Of a stretch of DNA of 64,000 bases, positions 11,136 to 26,059 are shown in pieces (position 1 is the stretch's first letter; the number at the start of each line of letters is the position of its first letter). The notes below the pieces were generated by a model that was given only the letters and a program-made list of their open reading frames with translations, was not told the DNA's origin and ran no database searches. The translations under genes were made by a program, and so were the position numbers. The DNA is from the human T2T-CHM13v2.0 reference genome, Homo sapiens: the NCBI RefSeq assembly GCF_009914755.1, contig NC_060937.1; one strand, 5' to 3'.

Positions 11136-12550
11136 TGCTTATTTCATCACTATTGTTATTATTACTATTATTAATAGCAAAAGCTTTGATATGAGTTTGT
11201 TAACATCTTATTTTATATGAAGAGTTCAAAAAGTTTTCCTGTGTTATCTGCCCTATCTGGAAAATGATACTTGGAATCTGGGGCTATGCACTGTGTAAAA
11301 ATTGACCTTATGAAGAGTGTGCATCACGTTTCTCCAAGTATTTGTTTATTCATTATTTTAACAAATAGCTTGAGCAATATCTGTATGTGAAAAGCTTGAA
11401 GTTATGAAAAATGCAATGAATTGGGGAAACAATAAAGAGTAGTAGCCTTAGCAAAGAAAGGTAAGTTAATGAGTCTTGTAGTGTCTAAGATTCAGGAGCT
11501 TGCCATGTATTGAAAATCTTGAATGTCAATAAGGATAAAATACAGAGGTGCAGTAATGAGAACATTATGAGTGAGATCATATTAATCATGTATAACAAAA
11601 TCATATTAGTAGAGTGAATATGTGAGAAAAGTAGAGATGTGATATCAAAGCAGAGATACCAAGTTAAGGAAATCATCTCCTGTACTTTTTATTTATTAGA
11701 TTATAAGATTTCTTCCTTTTTTATTACTTTGGATTTATTTTTTCCCTATTTAAAATTGATACATAATAGCTGTACTCATTTATGTGGTACTTGTGATAAT
11801 TTGATACAAGCATACAATGTGTAATGATCAAGTCAGGGTAGTTGGCATATCCATAACCTCAGATATTTATCCCTTGTTTGTGTTGGAAACATTCTAAATG
11901 TTCTATTTTACCTATTTAAAAATATACAATACATTGTTGTTCACTATGGTCACCCTACTATGCTATCAAACATTAGAACTTATTCCTTCTCTCTAACTGT
12001 ATGTTTTTACCCATTAACCAACCTCTTTTCACCCCCCCTCACCCTTCCCAGCCTTTGGTAATTATCATTCTACTTTGTCCTTCATGGGATCAACTTTTTA
12101 GCTCCCATATATTAGTGTGAGCACATGTGATATTTGTTTTTCTGTGCCTGGCTTATTTCACTAAACATAATGCTCTCCAGTTCCATCCCTGTTGCTGCAA
12201 ATGCCAGTATTTCATTATTTTCTTATGGTGGAACAGTATTTCACTGTGTATATATACCAGTATTTCACTGTGTATATATACCATTTTCTTTATTCATTCA
12301 TCCATTGATGAACACTTAGATTACTTCCAAAGCTTAGCTATTGTAAACAGTGCTGCAACAAATATGAGAGTGCAGATATCTCTTTGATATACTAATTTCC
12401 TTTCTTTGGGGTATATTTCCAGCAGTGCAATTGCTGGGTCATGTGGTATTTCTAATTCTGAACCTCCATACTGTTTTCCATAGAGGTTGTACTAATTTAC
12501 ATTCCTACCAACAATATGCAAGCATTCTCCTTTCTCTGCATCCTCATTAG

Positions 12551-13006
<456 letters not shown>

Positions 13007-13155
13007 TAGTAATGTTGAGCATTTTTTCATATACCTGTTGGCCATTTGTATGTTTTCTTTAGGGAAATGTCAGATCTTTTGCCCATTTTTTAATAATTAG
13101 ATTATTTGTGTTTATTGCTATTCTTTGAGTTATTTATTCTGGTTATTAATCCATT

Positions 13156-14275
13156 ACCACTTTTATTCAAGATAGTACTGGAGATACTTAGCCAGAGCAA
13201 TTAGACAAGAAAAAAAAATAAAGTACATGCAAGTTGGAAAGAAAGAAATCAAATTGTCCTTGTTTGCAGACAACCTGATCTTATATTTAGAAAAAACTAA
13301 AAACCCTTTCCAAAAAAATTCCTTTTAGAACAGATAAATGAATTCAGTAAAATTGCAGGATAAAAATTAACATACAAAAATCAGTAGCATTTTTATATGC
13401 CAACAGTGAACAACCTGAAAAAAAAATCCGGAAGGCAGTTTCCTTTACAATAGCTAAAAATTAAATCCCTAGGAAAAACAATAACCAAAGAAATGAAAGA
13501 TAGAATTAAATTATAAAACATTGGTGAAAGAAACTGAAGAGGATAATGAAAAATAGAAAAAATATCTAATATTCATGGATTAGGGGAAGATTAATGCTGT
13601 TAAAATGTTCATAGTATCTAAAGTGATCTAGATTCAATGCAATCTCTATCAAATCACATTCTTCACAGAAATAGCAAAATTAATCCTAAATTTCCTATAC
13701 AACCACAAGAAAACCCCAAATAGCAATCCTGAGCAAAAAGAATAAAGCTGGAGGTATCACATTACCTGACTTCAAAACATACTACTAACCTATAGTAATC
13801 AAACCAGCATGATACTGGTATGAAAAGAGACACATAGACCAATCGAACAAAATAGAGAACCTGGAAATAAATTTATGCTTTAAAGCCAACTCATTTTCAA
13901 GAAAGGCACCAGGAACTTACACTGGGCAAAGGAATATCTCTTCAATTAAAAAGCTAGTAAAACTGGATATCCACGTGCAAAAAAAGAAATGAAACTAAAC
14001 CTCTGTCTCTCACAATAAACAAAATTAAATTGAAATGGATTAAAGCCTTAAATGTAAGACCCTGAAACTATAAAAGTGTTATAAGAAAACACTGGGGAAA
14101 TGCTTCACAGCATTGATATGGACAAAGATTTCTTGAGAAGGACCTCAAAAGCACAGGCAACCAAAGCAAAAATTGATGATTGGGATTACGTCAAACTAAA
14201 AAGCTTCTGAACAGCAAAGGAAACAATTAACAAAGTGATACAGCTAACACAGTGGAAACACATTTGCAAGCCATC
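13156..14275 (+). mobile_element. L1 ORF2 (RT to C-terminal region), inverted 5' part of the same L1MA
   Basis: Sense ORF2: GCCAGAGCAATTAGACAAG, TTGTTTGCAGACAAC (LFAD), AAAGCTGGAGGTATCACATTACCTGACTTC. Confidence 0.85.
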
Positions 14276-14428
14276 TTCTATACTTATGTAAATCCCCAGT
14301 TGTATCATATCCATCTTTCTGAGAATAGAAAATACTTACTTAGAGTTTTTAAAGATCTGGATCTAGTGAAAAGTAAATTATCACTCTAAACAGTCATATA
14401 TTTGTATATCTCAGGAAAACTTTTTTGA

Positions 14429-14812
<384 letters not shown>

Positions 14813-14826
14813 TAGACAATTGCTAA

Positions 14827-15157
<331 letters not shown>

Positions 15158-15158
15158 A

Positions 15159-15450
15159 TTTTTTTTTTTTTGAGACAAAGTCTTCCTCTTTTGTCCATGC
15201 TGAACTGCAGTGGCTAGATCATAGCTCATTACAGCCTTGAACTCCTGGACTCAAGTGATCCGCCTGAGTCCTCCAAGCAGCTGAGACTACAGGCATGCAC
15301 CACTACACCCAGCAAATTGTTTTTTGTTTTTTGTAGAGATGGGATCTCACTATGTTGCCCAAGCTAGTCTCAAACTCTGGGCTCAAGCAATCCTGCTGCC
15401 TTGGCCTCCCGCAGTGCTGAGATTACAGTCATGAGCCATTGTTCCTGGCT
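15159..15450 (-). mobile_element. AluJ
   Basis: ATCATAGCTCA, GGGCTCAAGCAATCC AluJ-type variants; directly abuts the previous Alu. Confidence 0.9.
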
Positions 15451-18400
15451 CCTATTTTTCAAAATGGAAAAACCAAAAAGACCATTAGAAATTTCCTTTC
15501 AGAACATGTGAAAATACTCTTGACTCTTACAAATGGTAACCAGAATAAGTTATCCATAAAAGGAAGTTACTATGGTGAGCAAATTCCCCTCTTTGCCAGA
15601 GTTCTAAAGGAGTCTTGGGGAACTTCATGAGAAGATACTTGAAGAGTCTTTGTGTCTAGATTCAAGTAGTTTAAAGTAGATTATTTAAAGCTGAAGATTG
15701 ATTGGAATCAGACAAAATTTAAAAGATATTAGTTTAGGAATTGTGGACATAAGGTTAATGTCTTAAAGTGAGTCTTTATTGGTAAACTGTGGTTTGACTA
15801 GCAAGCTACTTGCTCCTGTGAACAAATGGTTTGATCTGTATTAATAGTTTGGAAGTTTCTACCCTTTTCCAAAAAAAAAAAAAAACAGTGAAATTATTAT
15901 TTTATACATTATCTTCCTGGTCAATGATTTCTTAGAATAATGATATATTCCTGTTGACCTATGTGGTCTTTTTTCTCAGTCTTGTTAATTAAAATATGTA
16001 CATGAAGGTGGTCTTTGTTCTTTGAGTCCACTCTTTTCATACTCAAGTCTGTTCCCAGTCTTTTGTAATTTAAGGGCTCTAATAGAAAAAAGAACTTTAA
16101 ATAATTTGAATGTGAAGCAATAAGAAGAGTAAGCCTATAGTTAGTATGAAGTAAGAAGACCATTAATTTATAATGAATGCTTGGATACATTCAGCAGTTT
16201 TATTAATAGCAGACTAATAAAAAATATTTTTACACACACAATGTAGTAGCACTTGTGAAAGTTCTCTGTCACTACAGCTGTTAATTATATTCTGCAACAA
16301 GACATAGTATTTCTTTTAGATAAAATGATAAAATGATTTGATTATAACCAACAATTATTTGGTAATAATCTTATCTTGTTAAAATACAAACTACTTGCAA
16401 TTTGGAAACAAATCCAGGAATTTAATTAGAAGTTGGAAGCCTTTGAGGGATATAAAAGGTTTACTGTTGCTAGAATATTGAACGAAAATGCAGGAATGTT
16501 TGAGATTTTATAATTTCAGGAGCAGGTTGGTGATAGAAATAGTTTCACTTAAAGCTGATTTTGTTTTTCAACTTGTTTCCTCTTCCTGTATTGCTACTAT
16601 CTGTACACATGCAAATCACCCTATAATCAAAAAGAATTCCCTTCCATGTACTTCTTGTTGTAGATCACAGAGAAATGACACACAGCCCTTGCCTATCATT
16701 CACATACTTCAAGGTCCAAAGCTATTTCTGCATTTCTTCTATTATAAGTGATGCAGTTGGACCCTGTAGTCCACAAAATTTGCTGGGAAATTACATGATG
16801 AAAGTACCACATTGCTGTCATAATGCAAAGTTTATTATCTTAATGCATTCTGCTTACTCAATCTTATTAAACAACAAGAATTGGCTGTACTCAAAAAAGC
16901 TTTCTAATAGTCTAATGACAAACGTTTACCTCTTCTCTTCATATCTCAAACTTATAACACCTCCCCCTAGTTCCACACATGAAACTATTTCCACATCTAG
17001 AAACAGTTTATGTGTCCACGAAGTTGTGTATGTGTGGTCTGATATGTTAAAATTTGCTTCTTCACTCTTACCACACTTTCTTTTTTTAATATTTTTTCTT
17101 GCTTCCACTAGTGTAACACAGCCCTCCCTGTTCTTTGAAAGGAAGTTAAATTCTTCAAAATATGATACTACCTTTTAGAATATAATTTGCAAACTATATA
17201 CTTACATACAGATACTCACGGTGAAATAAATTACAGATTGTGGTTTTAAACATCTCAGACTAGGCAGCAAGTGCATCAGATTTTCACTCTGGTTCTGTTA
17301 TTTAGACAGAGACAATAGCAGAGTTCTCACCAGGAGGATAAGAGCAGCTTCTACAGACACATGAATGCTAAGGAGGCAGCAACATTCTTTTGAGTTTAAA
17401 TGTATTTTTCATCTCTGATATACAGCAGTCTGGAAATCCCGTGACGCTTTAATTATAATAATTATTATTATATGAAAATAGGGTTAGAGAAGAATTGTGT
17501 GTTTGGCTAAGATGCTGCAATACAGGAGTGGACCTTTTGATTTTTAAAAAAATACCCTTTGGCTGCTTGTTCTAGATAATTTGTATTTACATTTTGGTAG
17601 TTCTTTTCATTCCTGTTGAATGTGGCTAAAAGTATATGAGTCTTTAAAAACGAGAGTAGATCACCTAGTTTCCCAAAAGGCTAAAAACAAATTGGGGAAA
17701 GAGCGCTTGCTGAGAGGGTGTAAAGGCTAATCCAGTTCTTCTTTCTGTTCCTCTTGAACTTTGAGCAAAACTAGAGGACCAAGATTAGCTTTTTCTCTAC
17801 CTGAGTGAGGTTAACAATGCAAAGACAAATTTGAATTACTCCTTGTAATCAACTCATATGATTACTGTGAACAGGAGAAATAATAAATACCAGGCAAGAC
17901 AAGATCATTGTAACTGGAGGGCTTTTCACCTCCCCTACTTTTTAAGATCTTTGAGTCAAGCGTGACTCTTGAGAGACTGAAATGAAAAATGAAAGAGAGG
18001 GTGAAAGAGAAGGAGAAGGTCACTGGCCTCAATTTCTTTAATTAATTTGCTTACCATGAAAACAAATTAAGTGGAAATGACTGACAAATCTTATTTGTGA
18101 ATGCTTTCGATCTTGTTCATATATTTTTGTTTTGTTCTAGTTTCTTTGCCCCTTAATGTCATGATTTCATGTGATTACTAATTGAATATCTGCACACTAA
18201 AACCTTACATCATAGAATCTTAAGATTACCAGGTTGCTACTGTTGCTTGCTACTGTATATTTGGTGAGGATGATTTTCAAAAAAATAAAATAAACACATT
18301 GGTCTATTAACACCTACTAATAGTTAGACTAAATATACATATTTGGGTTTATTAAAGGCATTTTAAATTTCTTCCTCTTTGAAAATACCCAGATTTATGG

Positions 18401-20182
18401 GAAGCATTCATTTGGGACATGGATTGCATAAAAATATTTAACCAACTGAGTATCTTGATAGAAATGACTTCATAGTGCTTAAATTTATTTGGTAAGTCTA
18501 GCTACCTTAAAATATATGAAGTATCTGTAAGTAAAGTAACGCATCTAAATATTTACAAAAAAATTATTAGCCAACACCTTAGTAGCAGTTATTTAGCACT
18601 ACTAAAATATTAAGTCTTGGTAAAAACTCTAAATAACCTGAATGATCTGTTGAATTATGTAAAAATACAAAATGATAAGAAACATAGATATAATTAATTT
18701 TTAATGTCACTTATTTAAATGTCTACATTTTGTTTTCTAATGTTTTATCCAAGCATCTCTCATTATCTGAGAAAAAGAATATTGTGCCTCTATCATGTTA
18801 ATTTATTGCTATCAGTCATCCATTTGAAATTGTGAAAGAAGTCAGCATAAAGGAAGGCAAATTCTGGCTTCTTTTCTTTCATGCTTCATGGACCCTGAAA
18901 CTGTCCCGTCGTTGGTCATTCATTTCCCATGCCTCAGATCCTGCTTTTTAAGAGATGAATGAACTCATACTGACATAATTTATTCTCTCTGAGTCTCTAT
19001 GTAAAACCATGTACTCTCAAGTCAAAAAAAGTACAGAACAACATTTTGCACTAATAATCACAACAGTAATATTATTTTTATTTTTAAGGAATTTATTAGA
19101 GGAAAAATGCCTGCACTAAAATATATATCCTTAGAAATTCTAGAATATCCTGATCTTTAAATTAACTCTGAAACACACATTCCAACACAACTTTTTTACA
19201 AAGGTGGCAAATTTAAACTCAAAAAGTGTATTGTTATAAATAAAACCTACAATTTTATGTTGAAGGCTCAGGGTTCAATATGCAAATGCACAACTTTAGG
19301 TCCCCAAAGATTATGCAACTTCTGCTAATCTGACACCAAGGTAGCCTAGACTTAAATTTGAGGTTGCTAATAAGTAGGAGGTGACAAGGGATAAGATTTA
19401 TTAAATCCTTCAGTTTCAGTTCCCCCATTATAAGATTCTTTGATATGGTGATTTTTAAGCATTGTACAATGTACATTTAGGAGATAAATTTTATTCCTTC
19501 ACATATCCATCATTAGACAAATGCCAAGGTTGATAGAAGGCCAGTATTTAAAACAGAGCAAAATAAAACAACACCAAGTTTTTGTTAGGTCATCAATGGA
19601 TTAGGCAAAGAGAACACAAATTAAAATTGTCAATCTTATAAGCATTTCTTTATAAGTCACCTTCATTCATTTGAATTTCTAGGTAAATCAAATTTTATCT
19701 CTTAGCTTTATTCTTTTTACAAACATATGTGTATGTAGTAGGGCAAGTTCTTTTTTCCAAAAAATAGTTTGAAAATATATTGTCTTCCCAATTGAATGTA
19801 TTTTTTTTTGCTAGTTGTACTTTGCAAAATAATTTGTCTATGACCTTTTCCTTCCATGATGTGCATTTTTTATTTTCTGACAGTACTTTAACAAAATCTT
19901 CAATATCTTCCACAAATGGATTAACATGGACAGTAGGATAAGATAAAATAACATATCATAAAATGTTTATATCAGGTACTCCCTAAAGCACACATACACA
20001 CATATAAACATGTACATACACAAATACATACAGATTCAAATGAGAATATACAACTTGCCACATTGGCTATGAATTTTTTCCAGTAATACCTCCAAAACCC
20101 AAAGATATCTGGACCATGATGTCATAATCTGTAAATAAATTTGCCAAAATTGACAAATGGGACCTAAGTAAACTAAAGATGT

Positions 20183-21010
20183 TAAAGTTCCTCATAGATT
20201 CTGGATATTAGATCTTTGTCAGATGGACAGATTGCAAAAATTTTCTCCCATTCTGTAGGTTGCTTGTTGACTCTGATAATAGTTTCTTTTGCCGTGCAGA
20301 AGCTCTTTAGTTTGATTAGATCCCATTTGTCAATTTTGGCTTTTGTTGCCATTGCTTTTGGTGTTTTGGTCATGAAGTCTTTGCCCATGCCTATGTCCTG
20401 AATGGTATTGCCTAGGTTTTCTTCCAGGGATTTTGTGGTTTTAGGTTTTATGTTTAAGGCTTTAATTCATCTTGAGTTAATTTTTGTATAAGATGTAAGG
20501 AAGGGGTCCAGCTTCAGTTTTCTGGATATGGCTAGCCAGTTTTCTCAGCACCATTTATTAAATATGGACTCTTTTCCCCATTGCTTGTTTTTGTCAAGTT
20601 TGTTAAAAATGAGCTGGTTGTAGATGTGTCATGTGATTTCTGAGGCCTCTGTTTTGTTCCATTGGTCTATATATCTGTTTTGTTACCAGTACCATGCTGT
20701 TTTGGTTACTGTAGCCCTGTAGTATAATTTGAAGTAAGGTAGCATAATGCCTTCAGCTTTGTTTTTTTTTTTTTGCTTAGGATTGTCTTGGCTATACGGG
20801 CTCTTTTTCAGTTCCATATGAAATGTGAAGTTGTTTTTTTCTAGTACTGTGAAGAAAATCAATGGTAGCTTAATGGGAATAGCATTGAATCTCTAAATTA
20901 CTTTGGACAGTATGGCTATTTTCACAATATTGATTCTTATGATCCATGAGCATGGAATGTTTTTCCATTTGTTTGTGTCCTCTCTTATTTCCTTGAGTAG
21001 TGGTTTGTTC
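20183..21010 (-). mobile_element. L1PA (approx. PA7/8) ORF2 segment, 3' end missing
   Basis: ORF 20182..20388 [36 protein letters not shown] is L1 ORF2p. Confidence 0.93.
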
Positions 21011-22962
21011 TTGGAGACCCACAAACAGACTTAGACTCCCACACAATAATATTGGGAGACTTTCACACCCTACTGTGAATATTAGATCAATGAGATGGAA
21101 AATTAACAAGGATATCCAGGACTTGAACTCAGCTCTGAACCAAGCAGACCTAATAGACATCCACAGAGTTCTCTACCCCACCCCATGGAATATACATTCT
21201 TCTCTCCACCACATAGCACTTATTCTAACATCGACCACATAATTGGAAGTACTCCTCATCAAATACAAAAGAATGGAAATCATAGCAGCCTCTCAGATCA
21301 CAGTGCAAACAAATTAGAACTCAGGATTTAGAAACTAACTCAAAACCACACAACTACATGGAAACTGAACAACCTGCTCCTGAATGACTACTGGGTAAAT
21401 AACAAATTAAGGCAGAAATAAATAAGTTATTTGAAACCAATGAAAACAAAAACACAATGTACCAGAATCTCTGGGAAACAGCTAAAGGCATGTTAAGGGG
21501 GAAATTTATAGCACTAAATGCCCACATCAGAAAGCAGGAAAGATCTAAAATTAACACCCTAACATCACAATTAAAAGAACTAGAGAAGCAAGAGCAAATA
21601 AATTCATAAGCTAGCAGAAGACAAGAAATAACTAAGATCAGAGCAGAACTGAAAGAGAGGGAGTCACGAAAAACCCTTCAAAAATCAATGAATATAGGAG
21701 CTGGTTTTTTGAAAAGATTAACAAAATAGATAGACTGCTAGCCAGACTAAACAAGAAGAAAAGAGAGAAGAATCAAATAGACACAATAAAAATGATAAAG
21801 AGGATAACACCACTAACCCTACAGAAATGCAAACTACTATCAGAGAATACTATAAACACTTCTATGCAAATAAACCAGAAAATCTAGGAGAAATAGATAA
21901 GTTCCTGGTCACATACACCCTCCCAAGACTAAAACAGTGAGAAGTTGAATCCCTGAATAGACCAAAAACAAGTTCTAAAATTGAGGCAGTAATTAATAGC
22001 CTACCATTAAAAAAAGCCCAGGACCAGGCAGATTCACAGCCAATTTCTATCAGAGGTACAAAGAGAAGCTGGTACCATTACTTCTGAAACTATTCCAAAC
22101 AATAGAAAAAGAGGAACTCCTCCCTAACTCATTTTATGAGGCCAGCATCATCCTGATACCAAAACCTGGCAGAGACACAACAACACACAAAAGAAAATTT
22201 CAGGCCAGTATCCCTAATGAACATTGATGCGAAAATCCTCAATAAAATATTGGCAAACGGAATCCAGCAGCACATCAAAAAGCTTATCCACCACGATGAA
22301 GTCAGCTTCATCCCTGGGATGCAAGGCTGGTTCAACATATGCAAATCAATAAATATAATCCATCGCATAAACAGAACCAATGACAAAAACCACATGATTA
22401 TCTCAATAGATGCAGAAAAGGCCTTCAATAAAATTCAACACCCTTCATGCTAAAAATACTGAAAAAATTAGGTATTGATGGAACATATCTCAAAATACTG
22501 AGAGCTATTTATGACAAACCCATAGCCAATATAATACTGAATGGACAGAAGCTGGAAGCATTCCCTTTGAAAAGTGGCACAAGACAAGGATCCCCTCTCT
22601 CAGCACTCCTATTCAACATAGTGTTGTATTGGAAGTTATGGCCAGGGCAATCAGGCAAGAGAAGGAAATAAAGCGTATTCAAATAGGAAGAAAGGAAGTC
22701 AAGTTGTCTCTGTTTGCAGATGACATGATTGTATATTTAGAAAACCCCATTGTCTCAGCCCAAAATCTCCTTAAGCTTATAAACATCCTCAACAAAGTCT
22801 CTGGATACAAAATCAATGTGCAAAAATCACAATTCCTATACAACAATAATAGACAAAGAGAGGGCCAAATCATGAGTGAATTCCCATTCACAGTTGCTAC
22901 AAAGAGAATAAAATACCTAGGAATACAACTTACAAGGGATGTGAAGGACCTCTTCAAGAAGA
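21011..22962 (+). mobile_element. L1PA ORF2 endonuclease-to-RT segment, inverted part of the same element
   Basis: ORFs 22217..22453 ([14 protein letters not shown]...ISIDAEKAF), 22447..22671 and 22629..22985 ([15 protein letters not shown]); stops and frameshifts present. Confidence 0.95.
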
Positions 22963-25900
22963 TCCAGTCAGCTTCTAATGTTTAAATTATTTAATCTTTT
23001 TACCTTTTGTTTTTCTGTATTTAACATTAAATTTATATTTATAATTTTAATATTTAATCAATTGACTTTCATCTATTCTTATTTTATGTATGTCTTGTAA
23101 AATTATACCTCATAACTCAGAATTACAGAATTTATCTTATTTCCATATATTTCAGTGAAGAAAATTAATATTTTGTAAATGTACTTTTGTTGTTGAAAAA
23201 AATAATATTTGTAAGTTGCCAAGAGTTGAAAGAATCATCTATGTTTTTTCTCATGTACACCATAAGTTCATGGCCCTTTAAAAAAAAAACAAACTGTATT
23301 TTGCTTTGTTTCCTTGTGATAGTTTAAAAGAATTTGTAAAGAACCCTTTGGCGCTTACACAGTTTGATCATATTATTATCTGCTGCATTAATGCTTCTTT
23401 ACAGCACTGCATAGCTACATCACATTATGTTCATTTATATAAAGTATAGATTCTTTTCTCAAATTTTGACTAAAGCTTTTCTCTATGGTTAACTTGAATA
23501 GTCAAGTCAACACTTTTGGAGTGTCTGTTGTGCTCAGAGCACTGTGATACCTGCTGCAAATACTAAGCCTAACTTGATTAATATAATATTGTTGAAGAGA
23601 TAAAACATTTATACGTGCATTTGTTTGGTTGTTTTATAGCTCAAGAGAGTTCATTTTCAGAAGTGCATAGTAAAATAGAATTATTTTCACAGAAATGGGT
23701 AAATCTCTCTTACCTGCATGGATTATGGGATATGCATAATTCTAAAAAATCATTTTAAACCATTTACATTTCAGTTTGGAATATTTAGTACTATTTGAAG
23801 CTGTAGAATAAATAATCATCTGATATATATTTTGCTTGAATTAAAGCTAGAATTGTCTGCCTTGTCTGGGAAAACTTGTATTACAGACAAAGGCAAGGAT
23901 GTTCTTTGTGTACTGAAGGAAGTCAACCTAGAGAATTAAAAATTCAGCATGAAAATAAGTAGGTATGTCCCCTCATTTATGGTTTAATTGAAGAAAAGGC
24001 AAATTATTAACACAGCTGGCTTGGATGCACTGATAATAATCAATGTTGCAATTATACCGGCTAGATGACAATTTATAGATTGCATTTCCTGATTTGCCAT
24101 TTGCCATTATGTTTGTGCTATTTATCAAAAATCTTATTTTTACAAAGCTCTTGTATATATAAAAAACTATAGCCTGCCCTGTTTCTAAATCTAATCCTAC
24201 AAAGTAATATACTTTCCAAAAACTTAACTGTTTTACATATTTATGAATTTCTCACAGGCCCCCTAAGGGATTCATTTCTCAATTGTGTCATAAGACACCA
24301 CAGTATAATGCTTGGCTTATTTTCCCATTCCCATCAAGTATTGTTCTACAGTTACACGGTGTTTTCTATTTGTTGTTGTCTAGAGCAGACTGAGGATGTA
24401 GCACTGACCCAGCCTGCTCAATGTGCAGGACTCATGCCTGCAAGCACTGGGACTCATAAGACTTATCACTGTGCATTTCTGTGTCATATCAGCAAGCTCA
24501 TCTGCAGAAATACATTCTGACTGAGTAACCCTGAGGTAGACAATGCTTAATTCTCCATTTCAAAACATTCCAGGAATGGAAAAATGATTCAGCTGGAAGG
24601 CATTCGCCCTGTCAGCACCCTATTATCCTAACACAGTGTTTACTCTGTTACTGGTTTCAGTTATCCCTACACAGTTTGATAATCATTTTTGAAGCCAGCC
24701 TGGTGTATAACTTAGCACTGGTTCATAGCATGTTTATGATTGGTTTTAACATGATACCTATGGATTCACATCTATCTTTTTGCCTACTTTGTCTATTCTC
24801 TAATTTTGAGAAAATATACTTCAAAGAATGTAATTGAAGAAAAATATTGAAAATTAAAAGTATATGTTAAAATATTCTAAAGCTTATTTTAGTAATTACC
24901 AATTAGCAATTTATTGAAATTAACATATATGCACACATACAGACACACAAAGAGAGAGGGAGAGGTGCCATCAACAGTGTGTGTTTGAAAATATGTAGAA
25001 GTGTCTGTAAGATATGATGTAATTATATTAAGAAAGCATATTAAGAAATTCAATCTTTCTTGAAAGTGAAATAATCAAATTTACCATATAGTGTTCTACA
25101 CTTCCATATATATTTATAAGATATTCTATGAAAACAAAATGTATACATATTTAATATAAAATAAAATCTTTATTGAAAAAATGTTTTTTTCATATTAGCT
25201 TAAAATGACAGCTATTTGGAAAAAAAAAAAGCCTAAAATTTCAGTAGGCTTAATATTAACGTGGCTTTAAAATTATATTTTCTACATAAATCTAGGGAAT
25301 ATATTTTATATACTATAATATTACAAAAATATCAACATTAATATTATATTTTCTTCTTGGTCTTCATGATAACCATTAATAACTTTAATACAAATATATT
25401 GGTTTGAATTATTTTTAATTTCATAATTTAATCAATGAATACATATTTCTTGTTTGTACTGTATGTCAGATACTTTCTTTAACATAATGTGCTTTGTAAT
25501 TTTAGAAAAATAGTATCAAAGTCATAAATACATTAGTGTTAATACTAATATATTTGCTCTTTTATTCTTTTCTAGTTGGATCTCTTTTTAGTAACTTTCA
25601 GGGATGAAACTGCTGGAAATCTGTTGTACACCATGCCAAAATGCTTTCAGGGTTCATATGTAATAATGGGCTTTAAAAATTGTCTTTGTGAAAGTTTATT
25701 TTTGGTCTTGATTGTATATAGTTTTTTTCTATTTCATATATTTAGAACATTTTAGTGTAAACATATTTAGAAAAAGATCTTTTCAGTTGATTTTATGTTT
25801 GATTTGAGAATTATGCCATGATGTGTGCATTTGAAGGCTATTTGATTCGATAATATACATATGTTTCTATTTACGGATAAATTTTCCTTCTGGCATGATT

Positions 25901-26059
25901 TGCATTTAAATGAATTAAATTTTTATAATCATATATGCATATGTATATGCACCTATATATATCCATACATGCATAATTATTTATATTGTTTATAATCATA
26001 ATCATGTCTATGTCTATACATGCATATGTACATGTATGTATGCATGCACATATGTTTGT

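Noticed and set aside
16675-17178. 167-aa ORF, the longest in non-repeat DNA
   Set aside because: No recognisable domain, composition typical of AT-rich non-coding DNA, no promoter or splice context
17900-18200. Repeat-free stretches (also about 23950-24130) that look like conserved enhancers
   Set aside because: Cannot assess conservation without alignments; motifs such as TGAGTCA and TAATTA are expected by chance
21011-22985. Reverse transcriptase/endonuclease ORFs suggesting an active element
   Set aside because: Fragmented L1 ORF2 with stops and frameshifts, no ORF1, promoter or 3' end
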